A stretch of DNA of 64,000 nt from Klebsormidium nitens (Eukaryota > Plantae > Klebsormidiophyceae): NCBI GenBank assembly GCA_000708835.1, contig DF237118.1, positions 94,668 to 158,667 on the forward strand. Direction: 5' to 3'. Below, in pieces: positions 26,160 to 38,695 of this stretch. The notes under the pieces are model-generated. The model had not been told where the DNA came from and made no database searches. It saw only the letters and a list, made by a program, of their open reading frames with translations. The translations under genes and the position numbers were made by a program. Position 1 is the first letter of the stretch. Each line of letters starts with the position of its first letter.

Positions 26160-26962
26160 GGCTGCTGTCGGCGTGAGCTGCTCGATCAGAGCACACAATG
26201 CTGTGGCTTCAAGAGAGGCCGAGATCTTGCAGAGACACGCTGTTGCAAGATTGGTGCTCATCTTCCCTGCACGGATCAATCCTGCCTCAGCCTGCTCTGG
26301 ACTCCTGTTTTGAGAGGCGCGCCGCAGCTGTCGATCTTGCACAATCGGACTTTGCTGTGCCCAAAACGAAGCCAAACGCAGCGCGCATGCATGCGGCCAC
26401 CTCAGCAATGACGGCACCAAATAAAGGTCCAAGAGCCGTCGATATCGCCCTCCATTCTTGCAGATGGAAAGGAGCGCGCTGAAGCCGTTCGATCCAACAA
26501 CGAGAAGTAGCACAAGCCGTCCGATGGAAAGCAGTACATAACTGTCCGGCCTGACGTCAATCATGCAGATTCCTTTTCCGATGAAGTGGATCCACCATTT
26601 TCAGTAGCAGCACCAATTCACGTCCAGTCGACAGTGGCGTTGATGGAGGCCAGGCATGATCCTCTTTCTGCAATTATACCTTCGCACAGTTGGTCTACGT
26701 TCTGGGTTCTGATCAGCAAGGCTGCCTCTGTTGAACTGATGTGACTTGTTTACTGAAGTCCACATGAGACCTAACAGGGCGCAAGGCGGGCGCGGTGAAT
26801 CTCGTCATTGGTTTTCAGCCCGCTCAAGTCTGCACCCCCCACAGACAGCAGCTCACGTTCCAATGCTGGCAATGTCAGCAGTCTGATGTTAAAAAGGATT
26901 CATGGGATTGTCTGGTGTTGTGAGGAGCTGTGAACTTCACATTCAGCATTGTTAGGCAGCAG

Positions 26963-29900
26963 ATGCGCTATTTATCAAGGATGGAGTCTATTTCGCAGTT
27001 TGTGTTGTACGGGACAGGAGCACTCTTTGCTGCTGCTGCACTGAAAACAGTCTATGTCAAGGCGGTGAGATCAGACATACTGGTTGATGTGTCAATATCT
27101 CCAGTATTGAAGCAGATGCGCTGGCCAGTTCATGCGTCTCACAGGTGAGGGATTCGCAAGCTTTCTGACACAGGGACAAGTCTGCAGAATCCGAATTGGA
27201 GTTGTCTTACAGTCGCAAAGCAATTGAGGCGAAACTAAGTTTGCCAGGTTATGAAGTTCAGTGTTACAAGTTGAGGTCTTCGGAGCGCAGACTGTACTGT
27301 TTCTGGATCCTTAGCCTTTCTTTATACGGACACCTCATCTGAAGCTTGAGCATAAAATTGATGCAAGACACAGCATATGGAGAAATGTTCTCAAATAGGA
27401 TAACATCTTGCGCTGGACAATGAAAGTACTGGAAGCCACCAACTGGGGTCGCTTGGACTAATCTTTTTCCGGTATCTTTGCAAAAAGGTGATCTTCTAAC
27501 AATGCTGTCGAAATACTCATCCAGAATGTTGACTTCATTGTTGCAGAGGTGGTAGCCGGGCCTGGCCCGAGAACACAATGCTCGCTTTCCGCAACGCAGT
27601 GGGTATGACAGGCGGAGTTGGAGAGGTGCCACGCACACAAGTCATTGAGTTTGATGTTCAAAAGTCAAGGGACAACATTCTGGTGAGGAGTGTGTAGGAA
27701 AGGAAGAGCTGATTGGTGTCACTGCATCTATTGCTGGCTATCTGCGGAGAAAGTTCCCAAGGCTTCAGACAGCTGCCTGAAAGCTCTTCTCAAGCGTGAG
27801 GAATCTAGCAGCAAAGCAAATGAACGAACATGAACAACAGAAAGTCATGCGTTACAGACAAGGTCAAAAGTGAAAGGGGGTTTTGAATCTTCAATATGGC
27901 CTACCGTCAGACTCAGATGCTGAAGTTGGGCCTAAGGAAAACAGTCCTTGTGCAGGTTATTATGCATGACTACAACGTTGCCACCACGACAAACGGGACT
28001 GGACTTATTTCTCAGCTCACATTGGATGAAATCAAGTGAGCTACCCGTGCTGCACAAGTTGCAATTGTCGTGTGACTTTGAACAGGATGACCTCAGATTC
28101 TGATATAATATAGCAGTCAAAGCTCGTATCAGTAGCCAATATCCTACGTCTATTACATCCGGTGGATCTCTTCGCAGGAAGCGCTTATCGGCCTTCAACG
28201 GTATCTAGGGCATCTCCTAGGGCGTATCGCTCGTTCCAATGATTACATCTACAAATTTGTGCAGAAAGCTGGATGCAGGATACCGTTTCACCACTGATGA
28301 AGGACTCACATATCCTTATCGCGGAAAAGGGATCACGGTTCCTACGCTCGAGGAAGTAAGCCCCTAACATCGGAAGCTGCTTTTAAAGTCTACTTGTTTC
28401 GAAGCATCCTTCACAATTGTCAGTGGAAGGCAACGAAGTTGTATTCCATGAGGAGGCCTCCCGAATGTCGTACATAAGAAAACCTGAGATGAGCTCGTTT
28501 GCTGGCTGGGCCTTTGTATCGAGATCTGGAGTAGGTTAGGCATCTGCCCCAAACCCGTCTGCAGAAATGTCGATCTTTTCAGGATTTGTGATTGTCATGT
28601 TTTTGGTCGCAGATGAGGTTAGGTGCAGATTGCAACTCGTTGAAGGCTACTTTGCTCATTGTGTTAAGCTGAAACTTACTCTCCCAGGTCCTCAGTACTT
28701 TCGTGCCAATCAAAGAACTACTCTTCTACATCGACTTCAAGAGCCCGGGTGCTGTAGCAGACACACTCGAGGTTGTCAAGCGTTTTGGGATTGAGGAGCG
28801 AATCATCATGGGAGCGATTCCTACGGATGCGAACTTGGAGGTAGGAGTCTTTGCCTTTCACTTGAACTGTATAAGGTAGTCTTTGAAATAGACTACAAGA
28901 TATGCACTCTGCTCACAAGGATATTCGAATTTCGCCAAAATTTTGCTTGTAGGTTGACGAGAACGGCACAGGTTTTGACAACCTTTTGTTTGTCTGTCCG
29001 CTTCGACAGCACACCCTTTGAAGCCTTACAGTCTATTGTCTGGAGTGCATCCAGAGATTAGAATGTCGGGAGATCCCGCGGCCGCCATTAGCATCCTACG
29101 AGCTAAGACATTCGACAGCCTCCGAAAATACTGCTGATTCTGTCGTTTGAGGATCCGTTGTTATATTGTGACGATGCCGCATTGGCGTCTCAGGGTTGCC
29201 GTCGGATCTGATCACCGCCTGTAGTTCCGCAGGTCAGAAGATTAAAGCCGTCCTGCGTTCCGGTAACCCCAGACAAGAACAGCATGATACTCATGTGAGT
29301 CTTCAAGTTCCCTAGCTTCCCGTGTCAGCTGAAGCACTATCCTGGTCCTTTCGATACCTAGAACACTTCTCGAACGATCTCGAAAAGTCGAGCAGACTGG
29401 GTATGTTCGCAAGCCGGTTGCAAGTGAACTAACTTCTCTCAAAAGCAGAGTCCCTTCACTTTCTCACGCGTTCAAAATTCGAGGGGTGAGAAGCGGGCGG
29501 GATGAGCTTGGCCGTTGGTGGCACGTTGGTGGCACAACGAGACTCGTCGTCAAGGGGGCCGTTGCGGCCCAGAGCTTTACCTGCGCTTTTTCTCCGTATA
29601 GAATGGAGAGCCTCTGGCAACCAACAAGAGGACTGACCTGTCTCGTTTCATGACTTAGCGATGATTCCGAGTAGGTCTCAGGACCTTCGGTTCGGAAGCC
29701 CGTCCGGCATGCATCACGTGATAGCGCTGGACAGTCCAGGGAGGCTGACAAACGGCCTTCGGTATCGTTGTGTTGGCAGGCTAGCATGATCCCGTGATTT
29801 GTTTCCTTTAGGTATGCGATGTACTGCCTCGGTTTGCTGTGGGTGGTTCCTATGCGGTTCGAGATCGTGGGGACCACAGCGCACCGCTGGGGCTTCAAAG

Positions 29901-30605
29901 TGTTGACGCCCGGGCTGGTCAAGGCGTTCCACGACCGCGGAGTACGTCACGTTATCCTTCACGTTGTCATGACGTCACCAAGCTATCTCCTGCATTCTGT
30001 AAAGCGGAAGCGGTGCACTTGTGGTTGTTATGCACGTTGAGCTGATTGCGGGGCGGCTTGGTTTCGAGCGCGCATGTATTTGCATTGACAAGCCCTCAAG
30101 TCACACCAGTTTGAATGGGATTACGGTACGGGCTGGCAGACGAGGGGGTTGGTGAGACACTTGCGCTCCTGTATCATCGGGTGCAAACGCCGCTGATGAT
30201 AAGCTTGCTTGACCTTTTGCAGAGATTACTGGCTGTTTTCGGGCCGCATATCGACACCCCTGAAGGCCAAGTGAGCGCTGCGTTTACTCCGTCTGTCAAG
30301 CTGCACATACCGTACTGATGTAAAGGCGTTGTGTAAATTTCGCATGCTCGCTTCAACACGAGCGCGGCTGGTATATATTGTCAAGGAAAGCGAGTTGGGT
30401 CTAGTCTTATGATAATGCGAAGAAGTACGCAGGATACCCATGTGGACCTTCCAACTCGATTCATGATTTTGCCCCTCTTTTCATGCAGTTGGACTGCATA
30501 CGGATGGGCGTCGACATGCTCTTCACCGACAGACCCGACGTTTTGAGTGTCACCCTGGAGGGCCTAGCGAAGGAGAAGGAAAGCACAAATAAAGCGCTGA
30601 GTTGA
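26963..30605 (+). CDS. GDPD: Glycerophosphodiester phosphodiesterase (GDPD) with N-terminal membrane anchor, resembling the bacterial UgpQ2-like subfamily
   Basis: Exons 26963-27064, 27116-27144, 27547-27682, 27956-28035, 28265-28355, 28688-28840, 29233-29294, 29812-29941, 30223-30270, 30489-30605 (TGA), phases consistent. Motifs SHRGG...PENTMLAF, IEFDV, VIMHD, LDAGYRFTTDEGLTYPYRGKGITVPTLEE, GVDMLFTDRPD. Start could be 26963 or 26981. Confidence 0.9.
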
Positions 30606-31042
30606 CCTTCCCCGTATTTAACATAAAGACAGTAAACTTATCTTATCTAGTGGCGACTCAAGTGCGAGGTGTAGACAACGGTCGAAGAGCGTTGTTGTAT
30701 AGCAGGTTGGCTCGACACAATATGCTGATTCTCCTATCAAGCATCTAGTCGAAATTGAAGAGTTTCTTGAGACGAACATATAAGGATGCACCTGCGTTCA
30801 GGTGTCACTGGAGCACTAAAACGCACGCTCGTGGAGTACATTGAGGGCCGACTCGTTGTTTGCAGTAGTGATCGTCATATGATAGATGTGCATACTGCAT
30901 TCCTGCTTAATTGGGCCTTTTTGAGTTGGCTGGCAACACGAAGGCCTTTCATAGCTAGACGCAAGGGGTTCATGCGGACCTAGGTTTCGTAGATTGTGAA
31001 CCTTCAACTGGAACCTTTCTTGGATCCCACCAAATATTTATT

Positions 31043-31650
31043 CATGGCATCGTGTCAAAACACCTGTGCAGTGGCGTCCGGACCTCCGGTTTTCCGAATT
31101 TCCTTGATGGGGCTGGTGGCCGGTTTTCGGAGCTCCGTGGCGAAGAGTCGAGGGGGCTGGTGGCCGGTGCCCGGTTGAGCATTTTCGACAGCATTCAAAA
31201 CCCACAAATTTGTCGGAAAGTCTGCCTATAGATAACTGCTCCACCTCGTATACATGTACCAAACGGGTTGCCGGCCCCCTGCGAGAAGCCGCATGGGACA
31301 GGCCACAGCAACCGACCGGTCTGGGACGAGATGGTCAAACGGGTTTTGTCTAACACATTGACATTGAAGGGTCCAGCCGCATATATGTAGTTGGGTTTTT
31401 GCCTTATACAGCTCTAAGTCGCACACGAGCCCTTTGCAAATCGACTGGTTTGAAGTCTAAATCCGGAGTGATTGATTGCAGGCCCCATCGTCGTATATCT
31501 TTCTGATCTCAATTTATTCTGCCTCGGGGCTTGGGTACCCCTGGTGGCCGGTTTTTTTTGGGTCTTTTTCTGCTCGCACCCCCCTGGTGGCCGGTGTTTT
31601 TTTCGGAGGTCCGGACGCCCTTGCACAAGTGTTTTGACACGATGCCCATG
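31043..31650. mobile_element. Non-autonomous TIR element (hAT-like MITE) with a long imperfect terminal inverted repeat
   Basis: About 46-bp inverted repeat, 31043-31088 vs 31604-31650. Inner arms CAGTGGCGTCCGGACCTCCG (31069) and CGGAGGTCCGGACGCCCTTG (ends 31623) are flanked by the 8-mers CACCTGTG and CACAAGTG. Four subterminal CTGGTGGCCGG copies. No ORF. Confidence 0.8.
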
Positions 31651-32009
31651 ATGTATTGCAGATTTGAGACCCGCCTGGGTTCTCAATTGAACAATGATTG
31701 CTTTAATTGCTTGAATAAGTTCTTCATGCACCGCTCAGCCGTCTAGGCCGCATGTAGCATATAGCTGACGCGATTTTCTACGATTCCCGCGATCGTCATC
31801 AGATGATCGTGACATGCCAACACTGACAGGTTGGATTATCCTTGATCGCATAGCAGGCTGCCTTTCACTGTTGATGAGGGTTGTACGGTAGCTTTGTTGC
31901 TTGGAGGAGGCTTGGATTTTCAACAACTAGATTTTGGCCTAAATGATTAACCGGGACAAAGCCTTCAAGTCACGGTCACTTTGTCTGGTAATGGTAAGAA
32001 ACCAACCAT

Positions 32010-32130
32010 TGCCAGCTGCCGGGCCCGGGCCCGCCGCCGAGGCGGCCGGGCCCAGGTGTTATTAGAATCGGGATGCTATTTGAGTCGCTCGGACGGTGGC
32101 CGCCCGGCGAGGAGCCCCGGGCCCAGCAGG
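32010..32130. promoter_or_regulatory. GC-rich cluster of GGGCCC (site II-like) motifs upstream of PEX10
   Basis: Four GGGCCC hexamers about 290-400 bp upstream of the ATG at 32414. The site II/TCP role is known in land plants; function here is inference. Confidence 0.3.
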
Positions 32131-32300
32131 CTCCCGACTGCGAAGTTCGAACGCCTCACATGCGCTCCTCAAACTGCCTTCTTACCTCCCTACTCTAGTT
32201 TCCAGCTCCTGAGCTTGCATGCAGCCTAAGACCAAAAGTACTACGGTAGCTGCTAGGTAGTACTAAGTACTTCTCCGATGAAGCCTCAGAAGGGGGAAAA

Positions 32301-32324
32301 CCTGAGCCTGAGCCTGAGCCTGAG
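32301..32324. repeat. (CCTGAG)4 microsatellite in the putative PEX10 5' UTR
   Basis: CCTGAG x4 read directly. Confidence 0.9.
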
Positions 32325-32413
32325 GGAGGCTGGTGATCCGCCCTTCCCATTACATACTTCCTACTACTGTCCAGCTTTGGCTCGGAACGCTCTCCTGCAC
32401 AAGAGCGCCCCAG

Positions 32414-35400
32414 ATGGCAAGCAGTTCCGAAGCCGCGATGCAGGGGCGGCAGGGTCGGGCCAGCAGGCCGGCCGCACAGTATGTCCTTCCCTCGTTTCCT
32501 CCCGCAGCTCAGCCGGAGGTGATGCGCGCTGCAGAGAAGGACGAGCAGTACCTGAAGCACGTGTCAGACACGTGCTATGACATCGCTCGGCGATACCTAG
32601 GTACTTTTTGGCATCAGCCTGGTTTCAGGTTCCCTGTTGTTGCCACGCCTGCCCAATTGTGGTTGGCGTTGAATGCCCTGCTTGAAAAGTCATAACGTGC
32701 TCATGCAGGTTGGGTGGGGATTGTTAACTCTCTTAATGCTTTTGTTGTAGCAGCATGTAGCAGGTGTCCCAGACAATATAAAGATGGGCGACTAGGGAAG
32801 TCAAGCCATTGAACCCGTACTCTAAGAATGCCCCCAGAAGTAACCCAGTGTTCCTTTGCTAGCGCTTTTGTACCTTCAACTCTTTCAATCCCTGCCTTTC
32901 AGATTCAGGCCTAAACTTTCTTAGTTTTTCAACTTCTTTGTGGTGTGCAGGAGCAAGAAGAGCTGCTGAGTATCAGAATGAGGTGTGTGGTGGCTTCTAA
33001 CCATTTCTTGAATGGTTGTATTGTTCCAGCCGACATTGTATGCCTTACAATTTTGAAAAGTTGATTTCCTCCACTTATTGCTTGACAACGTCTTCGCCCC
33101 ATCCGTCGTTGTCGATGCCTGTTTCCTGTCTCGCAGACCCTGTTACTTTTGATCCAGCTACACGAGCAGCTTTGGTTTTCTGATCTTGAGAAAACTTTGT
33201 GGTCATTCGCTGCTAGCACTATCAGATGGAGCGCTCTTGTGCGCGTTTGCAGACGAGGCTAGCCGGGCGGCTGCTGTACTATCTTCTAACAACCGGCACC
33301 GGCATACAAACACTCGGCGAAGAATACTGCGACATCCGACAGGTAAAAAAGCGAGTTGGAATTGCTCTTGGTGCCGCAAAGTTATGAGGCCCAGCTTGCC
33401 TTACAAATGATGTGCCGAAAGCCCGCCAATATCTGTTCTTCTCGGAAGTAGCAAAAGTTTCTGGATATTTTCTGGATTGACTTGAATGCATGGACCGCGG
33501 TCTGTGCTTGCCCCTTCCGCAGCTCTTGATGTTGGGCGTGCTTCGCACTTCTGCCCTCTCTGGAACATCGAAATCTGCTCTGGAATGGCTTTCAAAGGCT
33601 CATGAGGCTGGAAAATGTAATAAGTGTGCCTGAGTTCCATTGCTGCGCCATTCATGTCAGGAACTTGCAGCGCCAAACATGCCACCAAGTCGGCAGTGTT
33701 CTTAATCCTAACTTTGTCACAACAACGTGAATTGCAATCGAAAGTTGTTTTTGTAGAGGAGCGGTCTATCTTCAGGCAGTTGGCCCATCCGCCCTTCTCC
33801 CACCCTCCTTCGTTGGGGTTCGCTCATTTCGGACCCTCTTTCCACTCCCTATGAAGCCCGCAAACACAGCTGTCGTTGAGCATAGGGTCTCTTTCATGAC
33901 CTTTTCGATCCTGCTTCTGTTCCTGTCATGTCGGACAAACTTTCAACGGCTTCGAAAACCTCGTCTCCTACCTCCCAGAGTGTACTAGCAGTTGCTCGAG
34001 TCTGTTATTGGGCCATCGATATCAGAGTAGCATATATTCTCCTTTCGATCCTTGTCGCTGATGCGCTTACAAGATTTTGACAAAGTAAACAAGGTTGGCT
34101 ATTCAAGGTGGTCTTCCTATCGATCCTTATTGCTTATACAGGGGTAAAAGAGCTAACTACGGTTGGTCATTGTCATTGATGCTTATACATGGGTTGATCT
34201 AACTAACTACGGTTGGTTATTCCAGGTGTTCGGCCCGGCCGCCCTTCCTCCGACGTCCGGTCGCCGGGCCTCGCTCGTCTTTCTCCAGACCCTCTTCCCA
34301 TACCTTATGGAGCGCGCCAGCAAACGCGTCGCCGCACGAGGGCTAGCGATGTCTGATTCGGACGTTTCTCAAACCTTTAGTCCTAGTCATCCCGTGTCCG
34401 AAAGCAGAACACCCCTCTCCGAAAATGAAGGCGATGCGGCAGCGGGGCTGTTTCAAGATGCAGAGGACGCCAACGAACCCTCCGAAGAGGGGTCGAGTGG
34501 GAGGCCCGGACCGTCCGAAAGCGGGAGGGGTTCAGGAACTCAGGTGGGGGAGATTGAGGAGGAGAGCGGGATCAGCGTTCGGTGGACAGGCGTACACGAG
34601 CGGCGGGTGGAAGTGTCGGAAGTGTGGAGGGGAAGGCGCATGCGCCTCGGGGTGACGTGGCTGAATTTTGTCCGGTGGTGGCCCACAGTGAGTGACGTCC
34701 GCACCTACTTGAACAAAGGGAAAATTGGCATCCCCTAGGGGTCAATTTGCGGTTCTTACGATTTGGAAAGGGGTGTGCTCTTGCTTGCACCTGCAAGAAC
34801 AGTTGGAAATTGGGCGTTCGCTAGGGGTCAATTTGTGATTTTTTTGATCGGGAAAGGGTGTGCCGTTGCCTGCACATGCCTGACAAGGTTTCGACCCTTC
34901 TTTCATCACTTGATACCAGAAGGAGCGTCGCAAAAGCGTCTTTCACAGCGCATTTACACCTTCGCCCCCCTGGCTCGCATGTGGTATCAAGATCTGGTAT
35001 TTGAACGCAGGTCCTGGGATGAGAAACTTGTGGAAATAAGCATTTTGATCCTCTTGAAATGCCGTGGACAGGCCCCCTGAATACAAGGTGCGACTTGATT
35101 TTCCCGTCGTCTGAGAACCTTTGACCTTCCAAACCAGATTAGGAAAGGTTTGTAGGAGTAATGTTCGAACAGGATGCCACAATCACAACTTTGTTTACTG
35201 CAGGCCCTCCCAGCGCTGCGAGAAATTGCCGAGCTGGGTTTCCGCTACCACCTCATGCTCTTCTACTTCTTCGGTGAGAGGACGCGCTCTTCGTTTTGAA
35301 ACTTTCTTCGCTGTCGCTTCTATTCTAATATTGAAGATATCGTGACAAATTAGGCGACTTGACCAGCTGCTGAGCCCAACTGTTCTGCCAGTCATTGGAA

Positions 35401-37460
35401 GAACAGGAGGCATCTGCACCTTCTCTTCCTCGTTGCTCGACGGAACCATGAAAACTGGGAATTGCAAAGGCGATCTCTGCCATTCGGTCGATGCATGCTC
35501 TTCACTTCGTCTGGAATTGGAACTCTCCAGTTTAGTGCCCATTTAGCACCTTTACGTTGCAAATTTCTCGCAACTCTTTTCGTCTTGATAACAATCAAGG
35601 GGCACTACTCCGCTGTCTCGTGCTCTTCAGGGACCACCGCACAAGTTATGCGCCTTTTCTTCCTCAGACACGCACTACCAGCCTGAGCAGACGGACAACC
35701 AGCGTGCGATACCTCTTACTTGCCGAGGTTCAGATGCAACCACTCGCTATGGCAACAGAGCTTCATAGATCGATGATTCCCAATTTTTTTTCCAGGGAGT
35801 AAATACCATCTAAGCAAGCGGGGGTGCAATACTTTCTCACTTGCCGATGCTCTGTCAAACCCCTCGTTATCGAAACACTATGGTCACAGAGCCTTTTCGC
35901 TTTATGACCTCCGTTTTCGCTTCCAGGGACGTACTACAATCTAAGCAAAAGGACAACCGGGGTGCGGTACCTCTTCACCGGTCGGGGCTTGGACCAACGT
36001 CCCCGGTACAACATCCTGGGGCTGTTCCTGTTTGTCCAGCTGGCCGTTGTCGGGGGGGGCCTTCTGCGGCGCCAGATTATTCCCACCCTCACGGCCGCAG
36101 TGCAGCTGCAGGCGCGGGAGCAGACGGCGCGAAGGGGTGAGAAACGGCACTCTGGAAAGAGTCCCTTTGCTTACAATCTTACGGCATGAGCATGTTCGTT
36201 GTCGATGATTGAATTTCGTCTTCGTTTGCTAGTTGCGACTGGCGGAGGCCCCAGCCACTACGATCGGCAGTCGTGCTGACGTCAGCGGTCTACCGTTCGC
36301 GACCTTCTTTAAGCGGCACTCTTGATGACGTCAGCGGTTCGCAACCTTCCACGACGATGATGGTGCATTGGATTCGCACATAGGACGTGCTGGTTCTCTG
36401 CTTGACACTTGTCACGCTGAGGTTGCGCCAACTGTCTTTCGAGCAGGTAGGCAGGGCCCGTTGCTATTGGACGCGGACGGGATACCGGTGGACGACGCGT
36501 CAAGTCGGAAGGAGGCGGCACAAGAAGCGGAGGTCAGTCCGCAATAAGAGACGTCTCTGCGTGGAATAGGGAAAGAATGCGCCCAAACAAGGCCCAAGAA
36601 CGCCCTGGATGCCAGTACTGTTGGATTCTGGGACTTTTCAGAAGCAAAGCGATTCTAGTTGCCCGCAAGAAGAGTTTTACCTTTGCATCGGGAGTCATAT
36701 TGTTCATTGCGTCCTCTGCCTTACTTCAACTTATTGCTTGGCTGTTTCCCCCGTCAGCACTTTCCATATTCGAGGGCACAAACACAAACAGCCAGTGGTG
36801 GGTGACAGTAACCAGCGTTATAACGAACTTTGTTTGGAGGCGTGAGAATATCGTGAGTAGCTATATATGTGCTGGCTAGTTTCGCTTGCACCAGAACCCT
36901 ATCAGTGCGTCCTGGTTGGAGAGCGTTTAGAAACGATTGCTTTGGTTTGCTAGTGTGCGATCAAGAGCATTGGCACATTTTTCGTTTCCGCAAACCGTTG
37001 TCACTCGTTTTTACCTGGTGGGTTTCGGATTCGCCGGTGCGCCAAACGGTTGACTCAACGTTATTCTGCATTGTACAGGTGTCGATAAGCAGTAAGTGTG
37101 CCCTCTGCCTGAGCGTGCGGACCAATCCAACTGCCACCTCGTGTGGCCACGTGTTCTGCTGGTACGTTGTCTTTTACACCAGTGCTGGCTCACACCAGAC
37201 ACACAATCTTGCGGTTGATTGCTCCTGCTGGAAATGATGAGTCTGACATACGGGACGCGTTCTGGTGATGGCACTCCTCAGATTAGGCAGGTTACGCAAA
37301 GCTTCTTTTGCTGCCCCTTCCGGAAACGTCATTTATCACCTTCGTTTTTGTGTGCAGGAACTGCATCGCGGAGTGGTGTAATGAGAAGCCCGAGTGCCCA
37401 TTATGTCGGGCCCCGATCACTCACTCCGAGCTCGTGTGCTTGTATCACGCGGACTTTTAG
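32414..37460 (+). CDS. PEX10: Peroxisome biogenesis factor 10 (Pex2/Pex12 N-terminal domain plus C3HC4 RING)
   Basis: Exons 32414-32600, 32951-32982, 33253-33342, 34226-34687, 35204-35273, 35927-36136, 36447-36532, 37079-37161, 37358-37460 (TAG), phases consistent. Motifs [61 protein letters not shown]...[34 protein letters not shown]. Confidence 0.97.
34695..34885. repeat. About 86-bp degenerate tandem repeat (about 2.3 copies) starting just after the PEX10 exon-4 donor
   Basis: CTAGGGGTCAATTTG at 34735 and 34821; GGAAAGGG(G)TGTGC and TGCAC motifs recur at the same period. Confidence 0.85.
35660..35850 (+). repeat. Two decayed copies of the PEX10 exon-6 acceptor plus exon start
   Basis: Real: TCCAG|GGACGTACTACAATCTAAGCAAAAGGACAACCGGGGTGCGGTACCTCTT (35927). 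Copies: TCAG|ACACGCACTACCAGCCTGAGCAGACGGACAACCAGCGTGCGATACCTCTT (35668) and TCCAG|GGAGTAAATACCATCTAAGCAAGCGGGGGTGCAATACTT (35796). Period about 130 bp. Confidence 0.85.
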
Positions 37461-38695
37461 CAGCGGATTCGAACCGAGGCGTCAAACTAACGGCTTGGTT
37501 TGCATCACAACAGTGTTACGTTCTCCACATTGCAACATTGATGACTTGTTTGCGCAGCCAATGCGGTCGATCTTCTGGGCATCGTCAGCTAGTCCTCAAT
37601 ATTTGATCATGTCCGTGAAACTCCGATTCATGATGCATACGTGTGCGTAATCAAAGTCAAGAGTACTTGATCTGTCTGTTTCTTTGAAACCAGCTCTTAG
37701 GCTGGCTCAATCATCGGCTGCCGCCAATAGACGACATTCTTCTGTACCAAGCATGAAGGAAGCACGTACATTCTAGATAGCACTGGCCATATATGCCTTC
37801 ACATTTGTCAGCGACTTAGCCGGGTTAGCTAGGCGATCCAGAATGACTGCGGGCGCCCGCGGGGATGGCCCAAGCTTCGTCACGCGCGTGATTGCCGCCA
37901 CCGGGTGCTGGCCCGCATACAACCCAGCCTGCCCCGGCCCTGAGCCATGCCGCGACGAGGCCGGCAACGGCTTGCACATGATGGGGAATTGCTGCATGCA
38001 GTGCACTCCATGGACTGAGCAAGCAGTTTGTGCCAAGATATCTTGAAAATCTATGATCAATCACACTTCACGCAAGCACAAGCATGATGCAAAGACTCAG
38101 TGCATATGAATACAAGGCCGTTGCAAAACCTCTTGTACGATGTAGACTCAAGCGTATATAGCCTCAATCTGCATGGAAAGCTGGTACGGTATGTTGGGCC
38201 GGCAAGATCTACGAAGTTGGTACTTCATGGCGGGTCCGATTAGACCGTCGTGAGTCAAATGATGATCAAGTTACATGGACAAAATGCATGCAGCTTGGGC
38301 CTTATACGCCACGTTCGCTGTAATCTGCCTTGCTGAGTTCTGGCTTATACTTGACCAACAGTACTAAGAGCCCAGATGTTTCCTCAATGTACGTAGCCCA
38401 TTTGTACTCGATTCTTACCGACGTACGTGCCCCCGCGAGTCCTGTACACTTCGCGACTGGTTGCATAGCCAAGCACCGCGATATCGGGCCAGATTTGTAC
38501 CTAGAAGCTGACCCGAACCTCGAGTCACTGTGCATTTCTCTACTCTTTAAGTTTCGGCAGTCGCAGCCGCTGTTCTTACTACAACGGCCCGTCGCATCTT
38601 TGCAAGCGCCTTTGGGAACAACGCAACCCTCCAATTCTTACCTGACGACCCATACTAATATTCAATAAATGAACAAGCTTTTGACAAGTATCAAT

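Noticed and set aside
37770-38670. GC-rich patch and ORF 38330-38668 between PEX10 and BAT1
   Set aside because: No TIR, TSD, Helitron ends or protein motif found; probably 3' UTR or an old repeat remnant.
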